52,341 nt of DNA from a virus (Duplodnaviria > Caudoviricetes): positions 1-52,341 of IMG/VR virus record IMGVR_UViG_3300032277_000006; one strand, 5' to 3'. The notes beneath the pieces are model-generated. The model saw only the letters and a list, made by a program, of their open reading frames with translations. It ran no database searches and was not told the origin of the DNA. Below are positions 1 through 7,166 of this stretch, one piece after another (positions within the stretch are counted from its first letter, which is position 1; every line of letters starts with the position of its first letter). A program made the translations under genes and the position numbers.

Positions 1-168
1 CTCGTGATGTTCGACACCAAGCAGCCTGTGCGGCTCGATGACGGAACCTGGGAGGATCGATATGTCGGCGCGTGTTTGATAACGGGGCAGCCCATCAGCG
101 CCAAGACGCCAACGTTCCTTGGTACGCTGCGTCAGGTGATCAAAAAGGGCCACATGCCTGCGCTATGA
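1..168 (+). CDS. 3' end of a hypothetical protein (partial, runs off window start)
   Basis: Frame 1 open from base 1 to TGA 166-168 (...LRQVIKKGHMPAL); the stop overlaps the next ATG (ATGA). Confidence 0.5.
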   Translation, partial: LVMFDTKQPVRLDDGTWEDRYVGACLITGQPISAKTPTFLGTLRQVIKKGHMPAL

Positions 169-362
169 TCCCCTTCTGGCTCATCATTGTTGCTCGCCGA
201 TACTGGCTGCGCGAACTGCTCTCGTCGAGGCTGCGATACGTCGTACAACGAAAGCAGGCACCGCGTGCCACTCGAAACACGGGGCGGATGCACACGCCCC
301 CGACGCATAGACTGAAACCCCCTCGATACCGCAATGACGGCAAGGGGCTTGAACCCGATTAG
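165..362 (+). CDS. small basic hypothetical protein
   Basis: ATG at 165 coupled to the upstream stop; MIPFWLIIVARRYW... Confidence 0.4.
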   Translation: MIPFWLIIVARRYWLRELLSSRLRYVVQRKQAPRATRNTGRMHTPPTHRLKPPRYRNDGKGLEPD

Positions 363-440
363 CTGCGCCGAGAACGCTTTGCCGAGACGTGCGTCACTCG
401 GCATTCACTGACACTAAGTCGGGGCGTGCAGCCCCAACCT

Positions 441-470
441 CAGCCGCCCCCGCAAAGGGCGGCTGTTTTT
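441..470 (+). terminator. intrinsic terminator
   Basis: CAGCCGCCC-ccgcaaa-GGGCGGCTG followed by TTTTT. Confidence 0.8.
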
Positions 471-473
471 CAT

Positions 474-501
474 TTGACTCCCTGGGCAAAGCTGCTATTC
501 T
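474..501 (+). promoter_or_regulatory. sigma70-like promoter
   Basis: TTGACT-16 bp-TATTCT with TGn extended -10, directly after a terminator. Confidence 0.55.
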
Positions 502-526
502 TGTTCTCGAGACCCAACACACCACC

Positions 527-578
527 AAGGGCCGCTCACGAGGTTCCCACCTATCGACCTCCCCGAGCGGCCCTTTTT
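527..578 (+). terminator. long leader hairpin with U-tract (terminator/attenuator)
   Basis: AAGGGCCGCTC (527-537) pairs with GAGCGGCCCTT (565-575), inner GAGGT/ACCTC, ending in a T run. Confidence 0.55.
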
Positions 579-593
579 AATAGGGAAAGAGAA

Positions 594-872
594 ATGAGTG
601 ATCGAGTCGCTACGTTGGACCTCAGAGAAACTGGCCCCGTCACCGTCGACGCTATCGGAGTCAAGATCGACGATCTCGCCCGCTGCGTTGCCTGCATGGA
701 CGACGAGCAACAGGCCGCGTTCTTCGACGAGTTCTTTGCACAACTGTGTCTGGCTTGCGGTACTCCTCACCGAGCCGACATGCAGCTCGCCGCCATCGCT
801 GACGAACTAACCCCCGCGGCCATGTCTTGGTTCAGCGATTTCTGGGAGTACGTCAAGGAGGCGCGGACGTGA
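594..872 (+). CDS. hypothetical protein
   Basis: ATG after purine-rich RBS GGGAAAGAGAA; starts a chain of coupled ORFs. Confidence 0.7.
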   Translation: MSDRVATLDLRETGPVTVDAIGVKIDDLARCVACMDDEQQAAFFDEFFAQLCLACGTPHRADMQLAAIADELTPAAMSWFSDFWEYVKEART

Positions 873-1285
873 AAGAGCAAGAGCGGCTGTGGATCACTGT
901 CTGCAAAGGGGTAGCCTTAGCCCTTGCGGCGCTGTCTTGGCTTGTTCCATTTTTCATAATGGCTATGCTGACGGGCTGCGCCGTCAAGCCTCGGCCGTTC
1001 TCCCGCGTTGAGGTGCACCACTACGGCACAGACACTACGCCCGGTGCTCAGGCGATGATCGTCTCGGTAGGCCCGCAATGGGAGACGGACAGCGGAACGT
1101 TTTCTCTCGGTACAGGGTACCAACTGACGAACGATCGTGGTATCCTCGAGAACCTCTACTCGATCAACCCGGACTTTGTGGCCTGGGGCTCGGACGGTGC
1201 GATGTGGCACCTGTCCTTTGATCTATCCTTCGACGGCGAGACCGTCGGAATCTTCGGCATGGCAGCATGGGAGAAAAGCTGGTGA
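869..1285 (+). CDS. putative lipoprotein / small outer-membrane beta protein
   Basis: GTGA-coupled start; hydrophobic signal ending LTG-C; beta-strand-like body; C-terminal Trp. Confidence 0.55.
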   Translation: MKEQERLWITVCKGVALALAALSWLVPFFIMAMLTGCAVKPRPFSRVEVHHYGTDTTPGAQAMIVSVGPQWETDSGTFSLGTGYQLTNDRGILENLYSINPDFVAWGSDGAMWHLSFDLSFDGETVGIFGMAAWEKSW

Positions 1286-1578
1286 GCCTCGAACCAACAT
1301 CAAAAGATTGGGCGGCCTACAAACGCTCGAAGGAACCTGTGGGAGACAAAGGGCACTGGGAAAGCCATCGTCCTGCGTGGTGGAAGATCCAGGACATCAA
1401 GATCGCTGCTCGCTACAAAATAGGTGACCGAGACCCGATCCAAGATCTCGATTGGGTCCAGTCCGACATCGTCAAGATGGAGATGGAGCAAGAAGACACT
1501 GCCGCCAAGCTCTGGCGCACACGCATGTACCTGTGCCTATCAATCGTGGTTCCAATACTGTGGAAACTGACGACGTGA
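1282..1578 (+). CDS. small protein with C-terminal membrane anchor
   Basis: GTGA-coupled; ends MYLCLSIVVPILWKLTT. Confidence 0.6.
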   Translation: MSLEPTSKDWAAYKRSKEPVGDKGHWESHRPAWWKIQDIKIAARYKIGDRDPIQDLDWVQSDIVKMEMEQEDTAAKLWRTRMYLCLSIVVPILWKLTT

Positions 1579-1826
1579 ACAAGCAGCCGACCCAAGAAGA
1601 GATCGAGCACTATCGGGACCTCGGCCCGTGGTGGTCGCTGCATGAGATCCAGAACCGATCCGACGTTACACCCGTCGCCGCGGCGCACCTGGAGCAGGTG
1701 AAGTTTGCAGTACGGGATAACCAGACCCGCCTCATTGATGCTTTAGAGTCGCTCAGGCGCGCGCGTTTCTACTGCCTCGTTTTCGCCCTGGGCTGCGCGT
1801 CCTACCTGCTGGAGATGGTGCTATGA
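1575..1826 (+). CDS. small protein with C-terminal membrane anchor
   Basis: GTGA-coupled; ends FYCLVFALGCASYLLEMVL. Confidence 0.6.
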   Translation: MNKQPTQEEIEHYRDLGPWWSLHEIQNRSDVTPVAAAHLEQVKFAVRDNQTRLIDALESLRRARFYCLVFALGCASYLLEMVL

Positions 1827-2050
1827 GATACTACCCCAAGATCTTCGACGAAGCAAACCAGGCGTCCAAGGACCTGACTCAGGTCTCACACTATTTCGAC
1901 TGTCTGGGGCAGCACTGCAGGTCCAAGGATGTCGGCGACGCGAACATGACGATGGTAGGCATTCGCACCAGCGCCGTCTGTAGCTGGATCGAGTGCACCG
2001 CGTGGCGCGTCGCCTTCGCCATTTGGGCCGTTGCGGAGATCGTCTCGTGA
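1823..2050 (+). CDS. small protein with C-terminal hydrophobic segment
   Basis: ATGA-coupled; ends WRVAFAIWAVAEIVS. Confidence 0.55.
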   Translation: MRYYPKIFDEANQASKDLTQVSHYFDCLGQHCRSKDVGDANMTMVGIRTSAVCSWIECTAWRVAFAIWAVAEIVS

Positions 2051-2259
2051 CCGACTACAAGGAACACGCGCACGAGATCACAAAGGATCGAGACCAAGCC
2101 CTGAGTGATTGGCAGGCAGTTCAGAAGCACATCGTCGAAACCGCCAAGCAGCTCAAGCACTCCGAGACCTGCTGGCACGAGCAGCGCACCGAAGCGCGTG
2201 GCTGGAAGTTCTGCGCAATGGTCGGCTGGACACTATTCGCGCTGGCCCTAATCCTCTGA
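2047..2259 (+). CDS. small helical protein with C-terminal membrane anchor
   Basis: GTGA-coupled; ends WKFCAMVGWTLFALALIL. Confidence 0.6.
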   Translation: MTDYKEHAHEITKDRDQALSDWQAVQKHIVETAKQLKHSETCWHEQRTEARGWKFCAMVGWTLFALALIL

Positions 2260-2266
2260 GAACAAC

Positions 2267-2680
2267 ATGAGAAAACGCGACAAGGAATTCATGGAGCACG
2301 TCCGAGAGGGCGAGCAGATCGCCGAAGACCGACGCAACGCGGTGCGGTACCTCCGCAGTCTCGCGGGCAACAGCCCGACGGTGCAGGTAAGCGTTGAGAA
2401 CGCGCTGCGTGCCGTGCTACGCACGTCGGACGACGTGGATGGGATCATCGCACAAGCGCCGACCAATCAACTCTCGGACCACCTCATAGGGCGCTTCACC
2501 GCCGCCGCTTTCGTTGGGCATCGCATCGAAAAGAACACCGAGCGGCCGTACTCGGCGGTGACCGGTTCGGCGTACTCGGTGATGGGGTTGCTGGACGCGC
2601 TGCGAATCAAGACCCTCAGCCACTACGGCATTCCGGGCCTGACCGACGATCAGGCAGACGGATTCTCTGTGCCGGACTGA
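2267..2680 (+). CDS. hypothetical protein
   Basis: 137-aa ORF ending the plus-strand operon. Confidence 0.6.
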   Translation: MRKRDKEFMEHVREGEQIAEDRRNAVRYLRSLAGNSPTVQVSVENALRAVLRTSDDVDGIIAQAPTNQLSDHLIGRFTAAAFVGHRIEKNTERPYSAVTGSAYSVMGLLDALRIKTLSHYGIPGLTDDQADGFSVPD

Positions 2681-2901
2681 AGCTCCGAGACGAGGCACAG
2701 ACAAGCGTACGCGCAATCTCGGTAGATGTCCGCGTGGTTTCGGTAGCTGGTTTCGGTGCCAGCAACCAACAGCCTTTGATGCCCCCGGGAATCGGCTTCC
2801 GTAACCGCTGCGTGCAGGTTGAGATTGTAGTTGATGGCCTTGGCCATGGCGTCGAGTTGCCGCGCTGACTTGTGCGCAGTGCAGAAGGTGATGGTGATCA
2901 T
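2650..2901 (-). CDS. hypothetical protein (cassette 1)
   Basis: ATGA-coupled to 2898..3098; downstream of repeat promoter P1. Confidence 0.55.
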   Translation of the reverse strand: MITITFCTAHKSARQLDAMAKAINYNLNLHAAVTEADSRGHQRLLVAGTETSYRNHADIYRDCAYACLCLVSELQSGTENPSA

Positions 2902-3098
2902 GGTTTCTCCAGGTATTCGTCTTCGTCAGGAACGTAGCCAAGGACATCTTCGACGGTGTTGGTATCCACAGAGAAGAATACGCCGATTGGGTCTTCTCCG
3001 CAGATTCGGATATTCAACGCGCCCTTTTCCAGCAGTTCCGTAGCCATCTTCTTCGCGTCTGCCTGATCGTCGGCTATCCACCACATCTTTTTGATCAC
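2898..3098 (-). CDS. small acidic hypothetical protein (cassette 1)
   Basis: GGAGG RBS before GTG; first gene after P1. Confidence 0.65.
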   Translation of the reverse strand: MIKKMWWIADDQADAKKMATELLEKGALNIRICGEDPIGVFFSVDTNTVEDVLGYVPDEDEYLEKP

Positions 3099-3139
3099 AG
3101 TCCGATTTCCTCCATGAAGGTGTCGATCCAGTCGCCACG

Positions 3140-3184
3140 GCGTTGCTTACATTTTCAATATACAACAATTCAGCGAGGGCGCAA
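3140..3184 (-). promoter_or_regulatory. repeated promoter P1 (32-bp core 3140-3171)
   Basis: Minus strand TTGCGC-16 bp-TATATT; core GAATTGTTGTATATTGAAAATGTAAGCAACGC. Confidence 0.8.
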
Positions 3185-3415
3185 CTACTTTTTCGTGAGA
3201 AAGTAGGAACCCCTTCGAGCAGGCTCCAGAAGATATCGATCCGTGTCCACATAGCCCAACTCCTCGGTGGTGATCCGGGCGTTTTCGGTTCGGTTGAAAA
3301 CAGCCACAGCACGAGCTACGTGCTCCTCGGTAAGCTCCACCACACAGGGCCTGACCCGCTCCCCTCTCTCGTACAGAAGGGAGCATGCGACGTTCAGCTT
3401 TGCGTTTTCGGTCAT
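3185..3415 (-). CDS. hypothetical protein (cassette 2)
   Basis: 76 aa; its stop abuts the -35 box of P1. Confidence 0.6.
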   Translation of the reverse strand: MTENAKLNVACSLLYERGERVRPCVVELTEEHVARAVAVFNRTENARITTEELGYVDTDRYLLEPARRGSYFLTKK

Positions 3416-3418
3416 GCC

Positions 3419-3655
3419 TTAGACTCCGAATTCAGAGATAGCGACGCGCTCCTCGGTTGTCGCCCCATAGCCCGCACAGACGCGGTTCTTGTAACCGGAC
3501 CAGAAGGCCACCAAGCGACGGCCGTGCTTTTCGGAGGTCTCAGGACCAATAACCACACCACCGTCTACGTCGGCGATCCTGACACACAGGGAGCGAAGAG
3601 TACCTTGTCCGCGAATGGTGGTACCTGTATTCTCGTTGGCGGCTGCGTAGGTCAT
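3419..3655 (-). CDS. hypothetical protein (cassette 2)
   Basis: GGAGAAAAGAC-ATG leader directly after P2. Confidence 0.7.
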   Translation of the reverse strand: MTYAAANENTGTTIRGQGTLRSLCVRIADVDGGVVIGPETSEKHGRRLVAFWSGYKNRVCAGYGATTEERVAISEFGV

Positions 3656-3675
3656 GTCTTTTCTCCGTGTCGGTT

Positions 3676-3720
3676 GCGTTGCTTACATTTTCAATATACA
3701 ACAATTCAGCGAGGGCGCAA
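3676..3720 (-). promoter_or_regulatory. repeated promoter P2
   Basis: Identical core 3676-3707; -35 TTGCGC at 3715-3720. Confidence 0.8.
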
Positions 3721-3768
3721 CCGGATTTTCTGTTTTTCTCCAACTTCCCGACGTGGTAGGCTTCAGGT

Positions 3769-4215
3769 ATGGACAAGAAACTGATCAGAACCAACAAGGT
3801 GCAGTGTCTGACGTGTAACCAGATTCTCGAGTCCCGGGACATCGACAGCCCAGGCCAGACGATCACGTGCGGGCACGTCAATATTCAGGGAGCCCACCGC
3901 TACCTGAACCGGACGGGCAAGCCAGACGTCGACTACAGGGAGCTGTCCAGGTATTGGACAAGGGACGACCAACAGTACGCCTTGGCCCAGGACATCATGA
4001 AATCCAGCGGGCCGGACATGACCGTGGTGGCACTGGCGAAGTGCTGGAAGGTCTTCGACTCCCTGCGCGAGTTCATGTCGGACCGATCGCCCGGGCCAGA
4101 GGACAGGTCAAAACGCGTGCCACTCGATCGCCGTGTGATCGAGTACATCCACAAACTGGAAGAGGCCGCCTGCGAGCAAGAGGCCGAGGAAGAGGAACGA
4201 AGACGTAATGAGTAA
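3769..4215 (+). CDS. Cys-containing (putative zinc-binding) phage protein
   Basis: NKVQCLTCNQILES...TCGHVNIQGAHRYLNR resembles a common small phage CxxC..CG family. Confidence 0.6.
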   Translation: MDKKLIRTNKVQCLTCNQILESRDIDSPGQTITCGHVNIQGAHRYLNRTGKPDVDYRELSRYWTRDDQQYALAQDIMKSSGPDMTVVALAKCWKVFDSLREFMSDRSPGPEDRSKRVPLDRRVIEYIHKLEEAACEQEAEEEERRRNE

Positions 4216-4600
4216 TCTGGGAGACAAGAAAAAGGGCGCACGCTTCAGGGGAGGCCACAACGTCAGGGGCGGGAGATTCGGTGGGGTTCGACCTCAGTAT
4301 GATCCCTCGGGAGGGAAGACCGCAATGCGGCCCCGCAAAAAGCAGGACTCGTTCCGGGAACAGCGGATTGTGTTCTTCGCCCTGCTCGAAAACGGCGAGT
4401 CCCACATGAGCGCCGCGCAGATCGGCGAGCTGTGCCCAGACCTCGGTCGCTCCGAGGTGTCTTTCGCGCTCAACGCCCTGCGCAATAAGGGAATCATCGA
4501 GCGCGCGCAGTGCGACGATGGAATCACGTGGTACCGGTTCACCGAATCGGCCGAACGCTGGAAGAAATACTACGAGGAGCACGACGATGGAAAAGAGTAA
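4208..4600 (+). CDS. winged helix-turn-helix DNA-binding protein (Fur-like N-domain)
   Basis: QRIVFFALLENGESHMSAAQI...LGRSEVSFALNALRNKGIIER...DGITWYRF follows the wHTH pattern; RG-rich N-terminal tail. Confidence 0.6.
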   Translation: MSNLGDKKKGARFRGGHNVRGGRFGGVRPQYDPSGGKTAMRPRKKQDSFREQRIVFFALLENGESHMSAAQIGELCPDLGRSEVSFALNALRNKGIIERAQCDDGITWYRFTESAERWKKYYEEHDDGKE

Positions 4601-5009
4601 GAAGTTCGTTCTACCGAAGGCCTTCACGGACAGAGCCTTCATAGAGAAGAATCCAGGCGCGCAGAAGATTAAGGCAGGCCTCGACACGTACGATCTGAAA
4701 CGACAAGGCCAGCAACGCGACCCAGCAATCGGTAAGATCTTCGAGGGCCTCACGGAGGGTGAGTTCAGCGTGATCTCAAAGACAGAGGATCCACGCGAGG
4801 ACAGAGACTACCCCTGTGCGTACTGCAAGGCAGAGGTGAGGGTTTCGACGCTTGTACCTGTGTCCAACGGCAAGGGGCAGCCGAACGCCGCCTGGGTATG
4901 CCCAGGGTGTCAGGACACGGCGCAGGCGATGGTCGACGCTAATCGCCAAGCATACCTTTCCGCCGATAGCGAGCCCGAAGAATCCGCGCCGCAAGATCAC
5001 TCAGGGTAA
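4587..5009 (+). CDS. zinc-finger-containing hypothetical protein
   Basis: GAGGAG RBS; CAYC...CPGC pair. Confidence 0.55.
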   Translation: MEKSKKFVLPKAFTDRAFIEKNPGAQKIKAGLDTYDLKRQGQQRDPAIGKIFEGLTEGEFSVISKTEDPREDRDYPCAYCKAEVRVSTLVPVSNGKGQPNAAWVCPGCQDTAQAMVDANRQAYLSADSEPEESAPQDHSG

Positions 5010-5112
5010 GCTCCTCTTCCTCGGCCTCCTTGCGCAGCAGATCGACCAAGGCGGGATCGACGTAGAAAGAAATCTTGGCGTGCCCCTTCGGGGGCCGTCC
5101 TCGTTTGGTCAC
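4939..5112 (-). CDS. ribbon-helix-helix (Arc/CopG-like) DNA-binding protein, 57 aa, not in ORF track
   Basis: GTG coupled to the stop of 5109..5327; MTKRGRPPKGHAKISFYVDPALVDLLRKEAEEEELTLSDLAARILRARYRRKGMLGD has the beta-strand, helix A, SxLxxxIL helix B pattern. Confidence 0.65.
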   Translation of the reverse strand: MTKRGRPPKGHAKISFYVDPALVDLLRKEAEEEELTLSDLAARILRARYRRKGMLGD

Positions 5113-5327
5113 GAAAGATTCTCCTTGATGAGTTTGACAATGTGGCTGACGTCCCGAGTGAACTGTACGATGTCGTCCTTGTCCTGAAACACAAACACGG
5201 CGACGTCATCACGCGGGTTGACACGAACGCGGCACCCCGATCCAGGGATATTCACCCATTCACGTGGGCGACGGGTGGCTTCGCCGAGTATCTCACCTAC
5301 GCGTGCGGTTTGTTCTTCAGTCATCAC
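5109..5327 (-). CDS. hypothetical protein
   Basis: 72 aa, coupled to neighbouring ORFs. Confidence 0.55.
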   Translation of the reverse strand: MMTEEQTARVGEILGEATRRPREWVNIPGSGCRVRVNPRDDVAVFVFQDKDDIVQFTRDVSHIVKLIKENLS

Positions 5328-5629
5328 GATTCACCTCGTAGGCGTTTGTCGAGCGCGGCAGAGAACAACTCTCGGTGCTCTTCGTTGCCACACACAACGA
5401 AGTACAATGCATGGATCAAATCCATGTCTGCAGCGGTATCCGGGGATAGATCCACGCCGCCGTATGGATAATGCGCCAGCGACTGGTAACCGTAAAGCGA
5501 CCCCTTACACCAAAGGACCCCGCCATATCCTTGGCCGTGAGAGTTTTCGTACACGTACCAAAGATGGTCAGCATCGAATTCGCTGAAGTCGAGTTCCGGT
5601 CCGTCCTGTGAGAGTTTTTCGATCTGCAT
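5324..5629 (-). CDS. hypothetical protein
   Basis: Likely start MQIEKLSQ at 5629, just after the stop of the upstream ORF. Confidence 0.55.
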   Translation of the reverse strand: MQIEKLSQDGPELDFSEFDADHLWYVYENSHGQGYGGVLWCKGSLYGYQSLAHYPYGGVDLSPDTAADMDLIHALYFVVCGNEEHRELFSAALDKRLRGES

Positions 5630-5633
5630 TTGA

Positions 5634-5903
5634 TTATCCGATCTGATCCCTAATTCGCCTTCGTCTTTCAGGCATGTGCTCTTCATAGGCGAATTCATGC
5701 TGTAGCCTGATGTCCTCAGTCATGGCGGCTACGTAAGCCTCCCGGCGTTCCGCCTGTAGATCGTCGAACCTCTTTCCCGCTGTAGCAGTTTCTTCTGTAA
5801 GCTGCTCCTTTAGCTTCAGAACTTCTTTGGGTGTGCATCCCTTGCAACAGCCATAAGCTATCCCCATGTGATCCCCGCAGTCTCGGCAGTCGTAGTGTGC
5901 CAT
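5634..5903 (-). CDS. Cys-rich putative zinc-binding protein
   Basis: GAGG RBS; CRDC...CCKGC followed by a helical tail. Confidence 0.65.
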   Translation of the reverse strand: MAHYDCRDCGDHMGIAYGCCKGCTPKEVLKLKEQLTEETATAGKRFDDLQAERREAYVAAMTEDIRLQHEFAYEEHMPERRRRIRDQIG

Positions 5904-5919
5904 GGTCGTTTCCTCAGGT

Positions 5920-5954
5920 AAAAGTCAGCCAGGGCCGTCGTCATGACCCCGGCT
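5920..5954 (-). terminator. possible terminator/attenuator
   Basis: Minus strand AGCCGGGGTC-8 nt-GGCCCTGGCT followed by GACTTTT. Confidence 0.45.
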
Positions 5955-6012
5955 CACGGAGTGAGTGTCTACAGGATTCCAAGCTCCAGCATTTCGTCGA
6001 CGGTGAGTTCGA

Positions 6013-6087
6013 TCATAGTCCGAGTCCTACAGCGATTCCGAAGAGCCCACCGAACCAGCATGCGGCGAGTAGTGTGAGCTTCTTCAT
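6013..6087 (-). CDS. 24-aa hydrophobic peptide (cassette 3)
   Basis: GGGAGA RBS right after P3; MKKLTLLAACWFGGLFGIAVGLGL. Confidence 0.55.
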   Translation of the reverse strand: MKKLTLLAACWFGGLFGIAVGLGL

Positions 6088-6110
6088 GTCGTCGTCTCCC
6101 TGTTGCGGTT

Positions 6111-6155
6111 GCGTTGCTTACATTTTCAATATACAACAATTCCGCAGGAGCGCAA
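6111..6155 (-). promoter_or_regulatory. repeated promoter P3
   Basis: Identical core 6111-6142; -35 TTGCGC. Confidence 0.8.
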
Positions 6156-6160
6156 CCGGT

Positions 6161-6421
6161 TTAGTCGAATTTCTGGAAGGTAGCAGTTTTGCCCCGGATC
6201 TGGACAGTCCACTCGCTGTTAGCCTTGCGGCCCGTCCAGCACCCATGCTTATTAATGGAGTCCTGGCAGCCGCATGCGGCCCGGTAGCCTTCGTCCGAGT
6301 CCTCGAAGTGGGAGAGATCGACCCGGCGGCCACGGACGATGATGCCGACGGTGTATCCGCGTTGGGTTCCGTCCAGGTAGGCGCGTGTGATTTTGTAGGT
6401 CTTGGTGGTTGCAGCGATCAT
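6161..6421 (-). CDS. hypothetical protein (cassette 4)
   Basis: GGAG RBS; only gene between P4 and P3. Confidence 0.7.
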   Translation of the reverse strand: MIAATTKTYKITRAYLDGTQRGYTVGIIVRGRRVDLSHFEDSDEGYRAACGCQDSINKHGCWTGRKANSEWTVQIRGKTATFQKFD

Positions 6422-6442
6422 GCTCGGATCTCCGTTGCGGTT

Positions 6443-6487
6443 GCGTTGCTTACATTTTCAATATACAACAATTCGGCGGAGGTGCAA
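6443..6487 (-). promoter_or_regulatory. repeated promoter P4
   Basis: Identical core 6443-6474; -35 TTGCAC. Confidence 0.8.
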
Positions 6488-6503
6488 TCGGATTTTCAGT
6501 TTT

Positions 6504-6752
6504 CTACCCGCTCGGCTCCCAATCCACGTCGGTCCACCCCTCGATATCCCGGACGCAGCCGGTACCCTCCTCACCTTCCTGGACCTCGTGGAGGATCTGA
6601 GAGAGTTCGCTGGCGAGCTGGCAAGCCCAAGAGGAGAGGGCTTCAGCCTCGCAGTAGGCCTCGTCCAAGAGGCTCTCGGCGTCGCTTCGGCCCACTACGT
6701 TCTCGAGTTGCTCTCGGAACTCGGCCAGATTGTTGATGTGTACGTTGTCCAT
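6504..6752 (-). CDS. highly acidic small protein (cassette 5)
   Basis: 82 aa with 20 D/E against 3 R and no K; TAATG coupling. Confidence 0.65.
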   Translation of the reverse strand: MDNVHINNLAEFREQLENVVGRSDAESLLDEAYCEAEALSSWACQLASELSQILHEVQEGEEGTGCVRDIEGWTDVDWEPSG

Positions 6753-6931
6753 TATTCCTCTCCGAAGATGGCAGCGGCGGCGCGCATACCACGCAGCTTG
6801 TTAGCGGCGTAGGTGGTGCGAGGGGAAGGTCTGCGCATGAACCTCTTGTTGGCGGAAAGCCAAAGGCGAACGGAGATATCAAACTGATCACCTGCGCGAA
6901 GCTGCTGGGTTTTGGTGGCTTGGATCTTCAT
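6752..6931 (-). CDS. 59-aa basic hypothetical protein (cassette 5)
   Basis: MKIQATKTQQLRAGDQFDISVRLW...GEE; stop overlaps the next start; below the ORF-track cutoff. Confidence 0.55.
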   Translation of the reverse strand: MKIQATKTQQLRAGDQFDISVRLWLSANKRFMRRPSPRTTYAANKLRGMRAAAAIFGEE

Positions 6932-6945
6932 GGTTGTGTACTTTC

Positions 6946-7104
6946 TCAGCGGGTGAGATCGCTGAAGTCGACAGGACGATCCTGGCCGTCGGCGTGGTGC
7001 TCGTCGTTCATTTCACGAGCCTTGGTTTCTGCCTTCTCGACACCTTCTTCGGCGAGCTTCTTGGTCAACATGGCGGTGAAGTCGATGCGGTAGGTATCGG
7101 ACAT
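6946..7104 (-). CDS. 52-aa hypothetical protein (cassette 5)
   Basis: GAGGAG RBS after P5; MSDTYRIDFTAMLTKKLAEEG... Confidence 0.6.
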   Translation of the reverse strand: MSDTYRIDFTAMLTKKLAEEGVEKAETKAREMNDEHHADGQDRPVDFSDLTR

Positions 7105-7121
7105 GGTTGGCTCCTCGTGTT

Positions 7122-7166
7122 GCGTTGCTTACATTTTCAATATACAACAATTCGCTGAGGTGTCAA
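7122..7166 (-). promoter_or_regulatory. repeated promoter P5
   Basis: Identical core 7122-7153; consensus -35 TTGACA at 7161-7166. Confidence 0.85.

Noticed and set aside
3147-3152. ATG-TAA start-stop minigene inside each repeat (minus strand)
   Set aside because: The predicted transcription start falls on the G of this ATG, so it would not be in the mRNA, and no RBS precedes it.
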